Part shown: positions 1-9,271 of the stretch, piece by piece
Layout: the number at the start of each line of letters is the position of its first letter
How positions within the stretch are numbered: the first letter of the stretch is position 1
Source of the DNA: a candidate division WWE3 bacterium CG08_land_8_20_14_0_20_40_13
Lineage (GTDB): Bacteria; Patescibacteriota; WWE3; 0-14-0-20-40-13
NCBI GenBank assembly: GCA_002774285.1
Contig: PEYT01000023.1
Coordinates: 1 to 63,930, forward strand
Direction: 5' to 3'
Length of the DNA stretch: 63,930 nt
Program-made: the position numbers and the translations under genes
The notes under the pieces: generated by a model
The model's input: only the letters and a program-made list of their open reading frames with translations
Told to the model about the DNA's origin: nothing
Databases searched by the model: none

Positions 1-834
1 GTTGTTTTAAGACCGACGGGGGAAGATATCCAATGGGATGACAAGTCACAATATGGAAAAATATCAAACCCCCCCTATCAAAACAAAGTCTTAAAAGCTC
101 TAAAAAGCTCGTCTGCTATTATTGCCATAAGCCCAACAGTCAGAAAGAACATTTTGGATTTTACAGAGGGAGATTTAAAAAGCAAGATGGTAGACATTCC
201 AAACGGAGTAGATTTAGATAAGTTCGGGAATGGGGAAATTAGGGAAATAGGAGGGATACGGGAAATAAGGCTATTAACTGTAGGAAGAAATGTACCTAAG
301 AAGGACTATCCGACGATGATTAAGGCTTTATCTATTGTCAAAAAACAAATTCCCAATGTGGTACTTTACATTGTTGGTGGAAATCAAGAATCGCTTGTCC
401 CATTAATTGCAGAACTTGGTATCTTAAACGAGGTCACGTTATTAGGTCAAGTTCCAAAGGAAGAAGGAGATTTTTCCCAATTTCCCTCCAAGGAGGTTAT
501 AGATCTGTATAGATCTTCCGATCTATTTGTTTTTAGTTCGCTTATCGAAGGCTGTCCCAATGTAATACTGGAAGCTATTGCTGCAGGTCTTCCAATAGTT
601 GCGGCTAACAGTCAGGGAACTTGGGATTATGTGATAGATATGGAAACAGGGTTGCTTTTTAATCCCAGCGATCCCAAAGATATGGCGGATAAAATTGTCA
701 AGTTACTTGCAGATAAAGCTCTTTATAAACAAATTAAAAATAATGAGCAAATTTACTCTAAGAATTTTGATTGGTCAAAGATAGCGGGGAAGTATTTAGA
801 GTTGTATAATAAATTAATATGGAAATCTCATTAG
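1..834 (+). CDS. glycosyltransferase family 4 (GT-B), 5'-truncated by window edge
   Basis: Frame 1 is open from base 1, so the true start is upstream of the window. C-terminal EGCPNVILEAIAAGLPIVA is the E-x7-E region typical of group-1/GT4 transferases. Confidence 0.8.
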   Translation, partial: VVLRPTGEDIQWDDKSQYGKISNPPYQNKVLKALKSSSAIIAISPTVRKNILDFTEGDLKSKMVDIPNGVDLDKFGNGEIREIGGIREIRLLTVGRNVPKKDYPTMIKALSIVKKQIPNVVLYIVGGNQESLVPLIAELGILNEVTLLGQVPKEEGDFSQFPSKEVIDLYRSSDLFVFSSLIEGCPNVILEAIAAGLPIVAANSQGTWDYVIDMETGLLFNPSDPKDMADKIVKLLADKALYKQIKNNEQIYSKNFDWSKIAGKYLELYNKLIWKSH

Positions 835-1790
835 TAGTACCTTGTTATAACGAAGAGAAGAATATTGAGACATTTTCAAAAGAGGTGTTTGAGGTTCTCG
901 TATCCCTAGGCAGAACATTTGAGGTTATTCTTGTTGACGACGGTTCCAAGGACGCTACTTGGGAGGAGATTACAAAGGCAAGCCACAGGTACCGCGGATT
1001 TAAGGGGCTCCGTCAGATGCGCAATTATGGCCAAACGGCGGCATATCAGGCTGGTTTTGATGAGGCGAAGGGGGAATATATTCTTATTCTTTCTTCAGAT
1101 AACGAAACCCAAGCGGAAGAAATTGCAAATGTCGTAAAAAAACTTGATGAAGGTTACGATATGGTAAACACTAACCGCGGTCAAAGATACCGCGAGGATG
1201 CCGGAAAAACCCTGTTTAAAAGAATTCCTTCAATGCTAGCTAATCGTCTAATTAACCAAATGTCCGGTCTAGCAATAAAAGATACCGGATCTGGATTAAA
1301 AGGCTTTAAGAGAGTTCTAATAGAAAACATGCGTTTGTATGGAGACATGCACCGCTTTTTACCTGCGTATTGCTCTATGTTTGGAGCTAGGATTGTGGAG
1401 ATTAATGTAGATTTTAAACCCCGCACCGCTGGAAGGTCAGCTTATGGAAAGGTTGGATTGTTCCGTACCTTTAAGGTATTTTTGGACCTTATTGCGCTAA
1501 AATTTCTCCTTTCTTTTTCCACAAAGCCTTTTACCACGATGCCCATTCGTTTTTTTGGCGGCTTTGGCTTTGTCACCATTTTTTTTGGTCTTCTTTTTTC
1601 AGGTATATTGGTCTTTGAAAAAATTATTTTGGGTTACGACATTGGCGGTAGACCGCTTCTTCTTTTGGCGGTTCTTTTGATAATTCTTGGTATTCAATTT
1701 ATTTCTTTGGGTTTACTTGGCGAACTGATGCTTAGAATCTATTACGAGTCGCAAGGAAAAAAGACTTATATAATTAGAGAATCTATTTAG
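819..1790 (+). CDS. GT2 polyprenyl-phosphate glycosyltransferase (GtrB/ArnC/DPM1-like)
   Basis: GT-A motifs VVPCYNEE, VDDGSKD, SSDNE and two C-terminal TM helices. 16-nt overlap with the upstream gene. Confidence 0.8.
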   Translation: MEISLVVPCYNEEKNIETFSKEVFEVLVSLGRTFEVILVDDGSKDATWEEITKASHRYRGFKGLRQMRNYGQTAAYQAGFDEAKGEYILILSSDNETQAEEIANVVKKLDEGYDMVNTNRGQRYREDAGKTLFKRIPSMLANRLINQMSGLAIKDTGSGLKGFKRVLIENMRLYGDMHRFLPAYCSMFGARIVEINVDFKPRTAGRSAYGKVGLFRTFKVFLDLIALKFLLSFSTKPFTTMPIRFFGGFGFVTIFFGLLFSGILVFEKIILGYDIGGRPLLLLAVLLIILGIQFISLGLLGELMLRIYYESQGKKTYIIRESI

Positions 1791-1794
1791 CCTA

Positions 1795-2694
1795 ATGAGT
1801 AATAAATCTCTTCTTGTTAGAATTTCCCTTTCCATTTTTGCCATCGTTTTTTTATATCACAGCTTGGATATTGCAAAAGTTTTATCTGCAATAGGTTCGG
1901 CGAAACCTTTGTTTCTATTTTTATGTGTTCTGATGATCGTCTTAAATTACACAATCAGTGGTTTTAGGTGGCGTTCACTTATCTTTTTCTCCAATTCCTT
2001 TAAAGGGAATAATGTTTTTAAGCTAATCAAGCTGTATTTTATCGGTGCTTTTTTTAATAACTTTATGCCAACATCCATAGGTGGGGATATTTACAAAGCA
2101 TACATTCTTGGGAGAGATACCAACGATATGCCAAAGGCCACGGCGGCAACATTTGTTAACCGGCTTTCAGGGCTTATCGTTTTGGCGTTATTTTCTACTG
2201 TTAGCCTTGTTTTTCTTTTGGGTATTTCTGGTTTACTTGTTTTTTTAGGTTTTTGGATTTTGATTGTTAGTGGTTTTATTTTCTTGTCTCTTATTTCAAA
2301 ATTTATTCCAAAGCTAAAGCCTTATAACGACGCGCTGTGTCTTTATAAAAGCCACAAAACCGAAGTAATAAAATCTTTAGGGTTTTCCGTTCTAGTTCAA
2401 ATAGTAGCCAACCTTGGGCAGTATTTTGCAGTATTAGCTGTTGGAATAAAGGTTACAATACCGCAGGCGTTTTTTGCCTTCCCTGTAATTGGATTCTTAA
2501 GTTTTTTGCCGGTTACTTTTAATGGGTTTGGATTGCAGGATTGGCTTTACCGCCTGTTTTTAGGCTATTGGGGAATTTCAGCAACCCTTTCAGTGGCTTC
2601 GTCTGTGATATTTCACTTATGCCGAGTACTTGTGAGTTTGCTTGGTGGTGTGTTTTTGTTTTTTTCGCATGATAAACATAGTAAAACGGCTTGA
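1795..2694 (+). CDS. flippase-like integral membrane protein (LPG-synthase-TM/UPF0104-like)
   Basis: 299 aa, almost entirely hydrophobic helices. Sits directly after the GtrB-like GT2, as is usual for this family. Confidence 0.55.
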   Translation: MSNKSLLVRISLSIFAIVFLYHSLDIAKVLSAIGSAKPLFLFLCVLMIVLNYTISGFRWRSLIFFSNSFKGNNVFKLIKLYFIGAFFNNFMPTSIGGDIYKAYILGRDTNDMPKATAATFVNRLSGLIVLALFSTVSLVFLLGISGLLVFLGFWILIVSGFIFLSLISKFIPKLKPYNDALCLYKSHKTEVIKSLGFSVLVQIVANLGQYFAVLAVGIKVTIPQAFFAFPVIGFLSFLPVTFNGFGLQDWLYRLFLGYWGISATLSVASSVIFHLCRVLVSLLGGVFLFFSHDKHSKTA

Positions 2695-4201
2695 TTATCT
2701 ATTAATCCCATTTTTATTTTGTATCACCCGCCTCCCTCTTTTAGGTTGGGATATTGTTAATGTTGATGCCCCTGCGTGGAATTACCGCTCAGTTCAGTTT
2801 ATTTCGTATATTAAAAATCTTAACTTTTTAGAAACATACCGTACCTATCACCCGGGGGTAACCGTTATGTGGCTCGCCGGAATTGGGCAAGAGATATATG
2901 GTCATATTCACGAATTTTATATAGGTACGCGTCCCGAGTATTCAATCGTAGGCGATTTCCATTGGATTTTATTTTCTGAAACTTTGCCAATTGTAATTGT
3001 TAATTTTCTTTTGATCCTTGTTTTGTATCATTTACTTATCTCACTTTTAAACCGCAAAGCCGCGTTTTTCTCCACACTTCTTCTTGTTCTAGAACCCTTC
3101 TTTATTGGAAATACCCGAGTTTTACATCTTGATGGATTACTTGCCCTCTTTGGAATTAATTCGATCCTTTTTTATATTAAATATCTTTCCAAACATCGTA
3201 AACCGCTCCTCTTCTTCTCTGGAGTGTTTTTTGGACTTTCTGTTTTAACGAAGGTGACTGGTTTGGTTTTATTACCCGTGGTATTTCTTATCAGTGGGAT
3301 AGACATCGGGGGCGTTATAAGTTTAAGGCGTGTCGTCAAAAATCTTTTGATTTTTCTGCTTTCTGGTTTTGCAGTTTTTGTTTTAATGTTTCCCGCCATG
3401 TGGGCCACTCCTTGGAGGGTTATTACAAAGATTATTAATGACGGAGTATTGGCAACGGGACAAGGGGGGCAACCACAAATATTTTTTGGAGATCGGACTT
3501 ATAATCCTGGAGTATTTTTTTATCCCTTGGAATTTATTTTTAGATCAAGTCCGGTATTGTTTCTATCTCTTATCGGGGCTTTGTTTTACAACGTCTTACA
3601 TTTTAAAAAAATATGGGTCAAAAGAGAAACAGTTAGAGTTTCCACAGTCATAAATATTTTTATCTACGCACTTGTATATCTTATTTTTATAACAGCTAGT
3701 TCAAAAAAAATTGATCGTTATATAATTCCGCTTTTTCCGCCGCTTTGCATTTTTGCTGGGGTTTTTTTGTCAGAAATTTATCAACGGGTTGGTCACATAC
3801 TAACAGTTGGAATTGTTGTAACATTTATTTTTATAACCTTGCCGATTTTTCCTGATTTCTTTGCTTTTTATAATCCCTTGGCGGGCGGAACTCAGATGGC
3901 AGTTAAGGTTGTGGGTTTACAAGATTGGGCCACGGGGTATCAAAGAGTGGTAAACTATCTTCATACAAAGTCGGAGGTCCAGAGTTTAATAGTCGCTTCA
4001 TATAACGATACTAGTGTTAGGCCGATATTTAAGGGTACTACGATATCTTTTGATAAGGTGACAGATTTTTCCAAAGTGGACTACGCAATTGTTCAGCGGA
4101 ACGAATCCAGACTTTCTGAGATTAAACAATTTATGAGGCTCGATAAAATTTTTTATATCGGATCTTATGATTACTACTACTTATACAAAAATTCTCAATA
4201 G
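2669..4201 (+). CDS. polytopic GT-C membrane glycosyltransferase (GT39/ArnT-like)
   Basis: Multi-TM N-terminal half and soluble C-terminal tail. ATG at 2669 (MINIVKRL) preferred over the ORF-track start 2642. Assignment rests on architecture and context. Confidence 0.5.
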   Translation: MINIVKRLDYLLIPFLFCITRLPLLGWDIVNVDAPAWNYRSVQFISYIKNLNFLETYRTYHPGVTVMWLAGIGQEIYGHIHEFYIGTRPEYSIVGDFHWILFSETLPIVIVNFLLILVLYHLLISLLNRKAAFFSTLLLVLEPFFIGNTRVLHLDGLLALFGINSILFYIKYLSKHRKPLLFFSGVFFGLSVLTKVTGLVLLPVVFLISGIDIGGVISLRRVVKNLLIFLLSGFAVFVLMFPAMWATPWRVITKIINDGVLATGQGGQPQIFFGDRTYNPGVFFYPLEFIFRSSPVLFLSLIGALFYNVLHFKKIWVKRETVRVSTVINIFIYALVYLIFITASSKKIDRYIIPLFPPLCIFAGVFLSEIYQRVGHILTVGIVVTFIFITLPIFPDFFAFYNPLAGGTQMAVKVVGLQDWATGYQRVVNYLHTKSEVQSLIVASYNDTSVRPIFKGTTISFDKVTDFSKVDYAIVQRNESRLSEIKQFMRLDKIFYIGSYDYYYLYKNSQ

Positions 4202-5822
4202 CCGCTGGCTAGTTTGGCTGATCATATTGATCGGTTTCGTTATAAGATTTATTGGTATTTGGTGGAATTTACCCAAAATATATCATCCCGACGAGCCAGC
4301 ATTGATTAGTGGCGCCTTAGGCCTTAGGATTGTGTCCAATCTAAAGCATTTTGATTGGCCCCATCTTCAAATGTATATTTCCTTATTTACCGTTAGTTTG
4401 TGGGCGAAAATTACGGATATATATGTTTCGGTAATGAGAACCTCTGTTTCGGCTTCATCATCAATTCTAATAGAAAGACCTGCATCATTTTTCCTTGCCA
4501 TAAGATTTGTTTCGTTTTTGATGTCATCCTTATCGCTTATAATTTTTTATAAAGGAGTTAAGGAGTTCCTTGGAAAAAATATTGCGATTGTATCGCTAAT
4601 TTTCTTTACGCTAAGTGTGCAAAATATTGAGGATGCTCACTTGGCAACTTTAGAATCTGGAGTAACTTTTTGGGTAGTTTTAACTTTTTTCTTTTCGCAA
4701 AGAATTTTCCGTACCGGAAAATCGTTAAATTATTTGTTGGCAGGTCTGTTTGCCGGTTTTTCTGCTTCTACAAAGTATAATGGGGCTCTTGTAACATTAC
4801 TTATACTATCTGCGCACATCTCTTACGCTGTGGCAAATAATATTTCGGCGTGGCGGGTAGTATTATCAAAAAAACTTTTACTTTCCGCAGCATCGTCCAT
4901 TCTCGGTTTTTTCGTGGGCACCCCATACGCCCTTTTGGATTTTAAGAATTTTATAAGAACCGATTCTGCCGTGGGGGCGTTATGGCAATTTCATAGACAA
5001 AAGGCGCCACTTTACCGAACAATTTTTAATTTTGACCTGTTAGAAACTCGTTTTAAATCCGAAATTTTTAGATCGTTAGGATTTTTAGGACCCATTCTAG
5101 TTTTACTAGGATCTTATCTATCTCTAAAAAAACTAAAAAATCGCGCAGTAGTAATTTTGCTATTTCCCGCACTTTATTTTTGGTATGTTGGATCGTTTAA
5201 ACTTTTTTATTCCCAATACTTTAATTTGCTTTTTCCCTTTCTAGCCATTTTAGTAGGGATTGGGATGATCGGGTTAATTAAAATAATAAGAGATTTTATG
5301 AAAAACTCCTTTCTACTAACGCCCGTTATGATTCTTATTTTATTTTTATCCGCCGTCTCACAAATAATTCAGATTGTTAAAATGGATTATGTTTTTGCCA
5401 TGGGTGATAACAGAGTCGTCGCGGAGAAGTGGATTTCCGAAAATGTTAAAGCGGGTTCAAAAATTGGTGTAAGTGGCGCTTATGGAGCAAAGCTTGACGA
5501 TTTTGATGGTACCAGTGGGTTTAATGCAGTAAAAATTGATGAGTTGTTTCGAGAAATGGACACGGAATTTGGTCACGATGCTCAAATATACTACTTTAGA
5601 AATGTGGGTATTAATCTTGTAGTAACCGGCGACTACAATTTGGATGCCCGTTTAAAGTCCGATTTTCCTGCCAATTGTCGGTATCCTGACGGAGATTCAT
5701 GGGCTATCGACACTCTTCAAAAAATAAAGGTTTTCTATCCAAGATCTTATGTGGAGCCTACGGTTGCCGTGTTGGGGTTAGATAATTACGACAACTTGAT
5801 AAAGATGGGAGTTTTAAAATAA
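4167..5822 (+). CDS. GT39/ArnT-family (PMT_2-like) membrane glycosyltransferase
   Basis: First extracytoplasmic loop carries YHPDEP (the DE motif of ArnT/PMT GT-C enzymes). About 11 TM helices and a C-terminal soluble domain. Confidence 0.65.
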   Translation: MITTTYTKILNSRWLVWLIILIGFVIRFIGIWWNLPKIYHPDEPALISGALGLRIVSNLKHFDWPHLQMYISLFTVSLWAKITDIYVSVMRTSVSASSSILIERPASFFLAIRFVSFLMSSLSLIIFYKGVKEFLGKNIAIVSLIFFTLSVQNIEDAHLATLESGVTFWVVLTFFFSQRIFRTGKSLNYLLAGLFAGFSASTKYNGALVTLLILSAHISYAVANNISAWRVVLSKKLLLSAASSILGFFVGTPYALLDFKNFIRTDSAVGALWQFHRQKAPLYRTIFNFDLLETRFKSEIFRSLGFLGPILVLLGSYLSLKKLKNRAVVILLFPALYFWYVGSFKLFYSQYFNLLFPFLAILVGIGMIGLIKIIRDFMKNSFLLTPVMILILFLSAVSQIIQIVKMDYVFAMGDNRVVAEKWISENVKAGSKIGVSGAYGAKLDDFDGTSGFNAVKIDELFREMDTEFGHDAQIYYFRNVGINLVVTGDYNLDARLKSDFPANCRYPDGDSWAIDTLQKIKVFYPRSYVEPTVAVLGLDNYDNLIKMGVLK

Positions 5823-6959
5823 ATGAATATTGTAATTCTCTCCAATCAATCTTTTTTTCAAGAGCTTAAGACAAATAAATGGCATACCGCAACACATCTT
5901 TCTAGATTGGGACATAGGGTTGTGTTTATTGATCCGCCTCTGCGTTTTAAAGCCATAAAGAATTTATTCTCTGGAAAACATTCGGATGATAGCCTTGGTG
6001 TAATAGTATTAAGACCACTTCGGCCATCACTCTTAAAGGATTTCACAAAACCATTTCCCATTTTAGATCATCTTTTTGTTAAATATACCGCTTGGAAAAT
6101 CAAGCAATTGCTTGGAAATGATATTGTTCTTTGGGTGTATCACATTGGTTATCCCGATCTAGTAGAACTAATTAAACAAATTAAACCAATTAAGCTAATA
6201 TACGACCTTGTCGATGAATATACGGAATTCCCAGAATACAAAAATATTAAGAGCTGGATAATAGAAAGGGAAAATTGGCTTTTAAAAGAAGCCGACATTT
6301 GTTTTACCTCTGCTCCTGCTCTTTATAAAAAAGCGTTTAAAATAAATAAAAATAGCTATTACACGCCAAACGCTGGAGATTTTGAATTGTTTTCAAAGGC
6401 TGTTCTGGGAGTTCCCAGTGACATTAAGGATATTCCCCATCCCAGAGTAGGTTTTGCCGGAGCACTTGATGATTTTAAGGTGGATATCGGACTTATCAAA
6501 AAATGCGCAGAAGAATTACCTAAAGTTTCATTTGTGCTTATTGGTCCGCAAAGGGTTTCTCAAGGAGCAAATTTTAATTCTTCAGCTCTTACGAAATACT
6601 CTAATATTCATCTTTTGGGACAAAAAAAGTTTATGGAACTTCCTCAGTATTATCAAAATTTTGGCGCTTACTATATTCCTTATGTTTTAAATGACTATAC
6701 AATGGGTGGGTGTTTTCCCGTAAAGTTTTTTGAAGCGCTCTCTTGTGGTCTTCCCTTAACGGTAACCAACCTTCCGGCGTATCATGAGTTTAAAGATTTT
6801 TGTTATATTGCCAAAAGTGATAACGATTTTGTTCGTTTGGTCAAAAAATCACTAGAGGAAGATTCCAAAGATAGGCGTAGCGACCGTCAAAAAATAGCCA
6901 AAGCTAATTCCTATGATAATAAAGTTAAAAAACAGTTAGAGCTACTCAGACACTTATGA
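5823..6959 (+). CDS. glycosyltransferase (GT-B, group-1-like)
   Basis: C-terminal PVKFFEALSCGLPLTVTNLPA resembles the GT-B nucleotide-sugar binding helix. Start abuts the upstream stop (TAAATG). Confidence 0.6.
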   Translation: MNIVILSNQSFFQELKTNKWHTATHLSRLGHRVVFIDPPLRFKAIKNLFSGKHSDDSLGVIVLRPLRPSLLKDFTKPFPILDHLFVKYTAWKIKQLLGNDIVLWVYHIGYPDLVELIKQIKPIKLIYDLVDEYTEFPEYKNIKSWIIERENWLLKEADICFTSAPALYKKAFKINKNSYYTPNAGDFELFSKAVLGVPSDIKDIPHPRVGFAGALDDFKVDIGLIKKCAEELPKVSFVLIGPQRVSQGANFNSSALTKYSNIHLLGQKKFMELPQYYQNFGAYYIPYVLNDYTMGGCFPVKFFEALSCGLPLTVTNLPAYHEFKDFCYIAKSDNDFVRLVKKSLEEDSKDRRSDRQKIAKANSYDNKVKKQLELLRHL

Positions 6960-8083
6960 CCAAAAGGAATATTGTTATCTCATTAAATTCTGGAGAACAG
7001 ATGGGTGGTGTGGAAAGACATGTTGGGGATTTAATCAAAGGGCTTTCTCATGAGTTTAACTTTACCGTTTGCTGTAAATATGGTCCGATGGTGGAGGAAT
7101 ATAGAAAATATGGTGGGCAATTTGTAGAACTTTATCCCCACTTCGACTTTGATTTGGTGTTTCTACTTAAGTTTTTTAAGCTACTTAGGTTACTTAATCC
7201 GGTGGTTGTTCATGCGCACGAACTAAAGGCTGGTTTTAACGCAACGCTGGCGGCTTATTTTGCCCATGTTCAGGTCCGAATTTATCATGTGCATACACCT
7301 ATTACTCAATGGCAATTACCGCAGTGGAAAAAGAAAACGCTTTTTAAATTAAATATTTTTGCAAACAAGGTGGCGGGAAATATTTTTGCGACCCATGTAA
7401 TTGCGCTAACAGCTGAGATTAAAAAGGAACGGATTGATTGTGAAGGCATTAAATCAACAAGGATTGTGGTAATTCCGAATGGAGTAGATATTAAGAAGTT
7501 CAGGATTCAGAGTTCGGAGTTTAGAGTTATCAGAAATGAAACAAGAAAGAAATGGAATATAAAAAATAATGAATTTGTGATAGGGAATATCTCAAGATTA
7601 ACAGAGGAGAAGGGACATGAGATCTTGCTTAAAGCTTTTACAAAACTTCCAAAGGGAAAGTTTCCTTTCCTTGTTATTGCGGGTGGGGGCCATCTTAAGA
7701 GCTCGCTTAAGGCTCTATCCGCAACTTTGGGAATTAATGATAGGGTCAAGTTTTTAGGAAAATTTACAGATGAAGATAAAGTAAAAATACTATTAGGATT
7801 TGATATTTTCGCTTTCCCGACACTTGCCGAAGGGTTTGGAATTGTTATGATGGAGGCAATGGCGGCAAAGATTCCTATTATTGCTTCCGATCTTCCGGTA
7901 TTAAAAGAGGTAGCAGGGGGGACAGTAGAATATTTTAAAGTCGGGGATTTTAGCGACTTAGGTAGGTCACTAGAAAGTTTTGAACCTAATTCAGATCGTG
8001 TAGATAAGGCTTTTGAGAGGGTTAAAAATAGGTATTCTATGGAGAGATTTTTGAATTCCTACCGAAATTTATACGGTATTTAA
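6956..8083 (+). CDS. glycosyltransferase family 4
   Basis: AEGFGIVMMEAMAAKIPIIASD is an E-x7-E motif. ATGA overlap with the upstream gene. Confidence 0.85.
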   Translation: MTKRNIVISLNSGEQMGGVERHVGDLIKGLSHEFNFTVCCKYGPMVEEYRKYGGQFVELYPHFDFDLVFLLKFFKLLRLLNPVVVHAHELKAGFNATLAAYFAHVQVRIYHVHTPITQWQLPQWKKKTLFKLNIFANKVAGNIFATHVIALTAEIKKERIDCEGIKSTRIVVIPNGVDIKKFRIQSSEFRVIRNETRKKWNIKNNEFVIGNISRLTEEKGHEILLKAFTKLPKGKFPFLVIAGGGHLKSSLKALSATLGINDRVKFLGKFTDEDKVKILLGFDIFAFPTLAEGFGIVMMEAMAAKIPIIASDLPVLKEVAGGTVEYFKVGDFSDLGRSLESFEPNSDRVDKAFERVKNRYSMERFLNSYRNLYGI

Positions 8084-8091
8084 AAAGGGGG

Positions 8092-8110
8092 CTCTACCTT
8101 TTAGGTAGAG
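8092..8110 (+). terminator. short hairpin after GT4 gene
   Basis: CTCTACCT-TTT-AGGTAGAG is an 8-bp stem 9 nt after the stop codon. There is no strong T-run. Confidence 0.3.
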
Positions 8111-8123
8111 TCTCTATTTGATC

Positions 8124-9254
8124 ATGAAGATTTTATTTCAATCCAGACTTGATCTTTTCGACAAAAAAGGTGGCGATACCGTGCAAATTCTTGAAACCAA
8201 GAAATCACTTGACGATCTCGGCGTTAATGTTGACATTAACTGTTCGTTAAACACCAATGTATCGGCTTACGATATAGTGCATGTTTTTAACTTGGATTGG
8301 GTTTCGGAACCTTACCTGCAAATAAAAAATGCGAAAGCCCAAGGAAAAAAAGTTGTTCTGTCGCCAATTCACCACTCACTTGCAGAATTCGAAATATACG
8401 AAAGACTTAACCGGTGGGGGTTATCAAAAATAGGAAATCTTATTATCCCTTCGCAACCGGCTCGTGATGTTGCAAAAAACCTTTTCAAGGGAGTTATATA
8501 TCACAAGAAATTATATCCAGCGTTAATGCAGCTTGCTCTTGGAATAAGAAACGAACAAAAGCGGGCAGTAGCTCTCTCTGATTATGTGTTAGTTCAAACC
8601 GATCTGGAAGCCCTCGATCTAAAGAACGATTACAAGACAAACGATTTTAGATGGAAAAAAGTTATAAATGGGATAAACCCTACCAAATTCTCTGAGGCAC
8701 AGGATGTAGTTAAAGAGAAAATTATTCTATCTGTAGGAAGAATAGAGCCACGAAAAAACCAGATCAATACTGCTTTAGCTTTTCTTGATGCTAGGAATAA
8801 AGGCGAGTTTAAAGATTATAAAATGGTATTTATTGGATGGTTTAACCATCACCACCCAACATATTCTAGAAAATTTAAAAGTATTATTGACAAAAAGCCC
8901 TTTTTTGAATATCTAGGCTTTGTGGAGCAGGAAAGACTATGTGCTCTTTACCACGAAAGTCAAATATTTTGTGTTCCAAGCTGGTTTGAAACTACAGGGT
9001 TGGTTTTTTTGGAAGCGGCGATATGCGGAATACCTTCTCTTGTAGCGTCGGGGGATAGATCACGGGAATATTTAAATGACAATGCAATTTACTGCGATCC
9101 TTCGTCGGTCATTTCGATTAGTAATTCGTTAATTAAGGCGCAGTTGCCCACAGTGCAAAAAAACTTTCCCGAATTTATTAAAAAAACCTATACTTGGGAA
9201 AATTGTGCAAAACAGACAATAGAGGTTTACAAGGAAATTTTGAGAACAAAATAG
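8124..9254 (+). CDS. glycosyltransferase family 4
   Basis: ETTGLVFLEAAICGIPSLVAS is an E-x7-E motif. ATG at 8124 preferred over TTG at 8118. Confidence 0.8.
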   Translation: MKILFQSRLDLFDKKGGDTVQILETKKSLDDLGVNVDINCSLNTNVSAYDIVHVFNLDWVSEPYLQIKNAKAQGKKVVLSPIHHSLAEFEIYERLNRWGLSKIGNLIIPSQPARDVAKNLFKGVIYHKKLYPALMQLALGIRNEQKRAVALSDYVLVQTDLEALDLKNDYKTNDFRWKKVINGINPTKFSEAQDVVKEKIILSVGRIEPRKNQINTALAFLDARNKGEFKDYKMVFIGWFNHHHPTYSRKFKSIIDKKPFFEYLGFVEQERLCALYHESQIFCVPSWFETTGLVFLEAAICGIPSLVASGDRSREYLNDNAIYCDPSSVISISNSLIKAQLPTVQKNFPEFIKKTYTWENCAKQTIEVYKEILRTK

Positions 9255-9271
9255 GGCACTGCCCCAATGTT

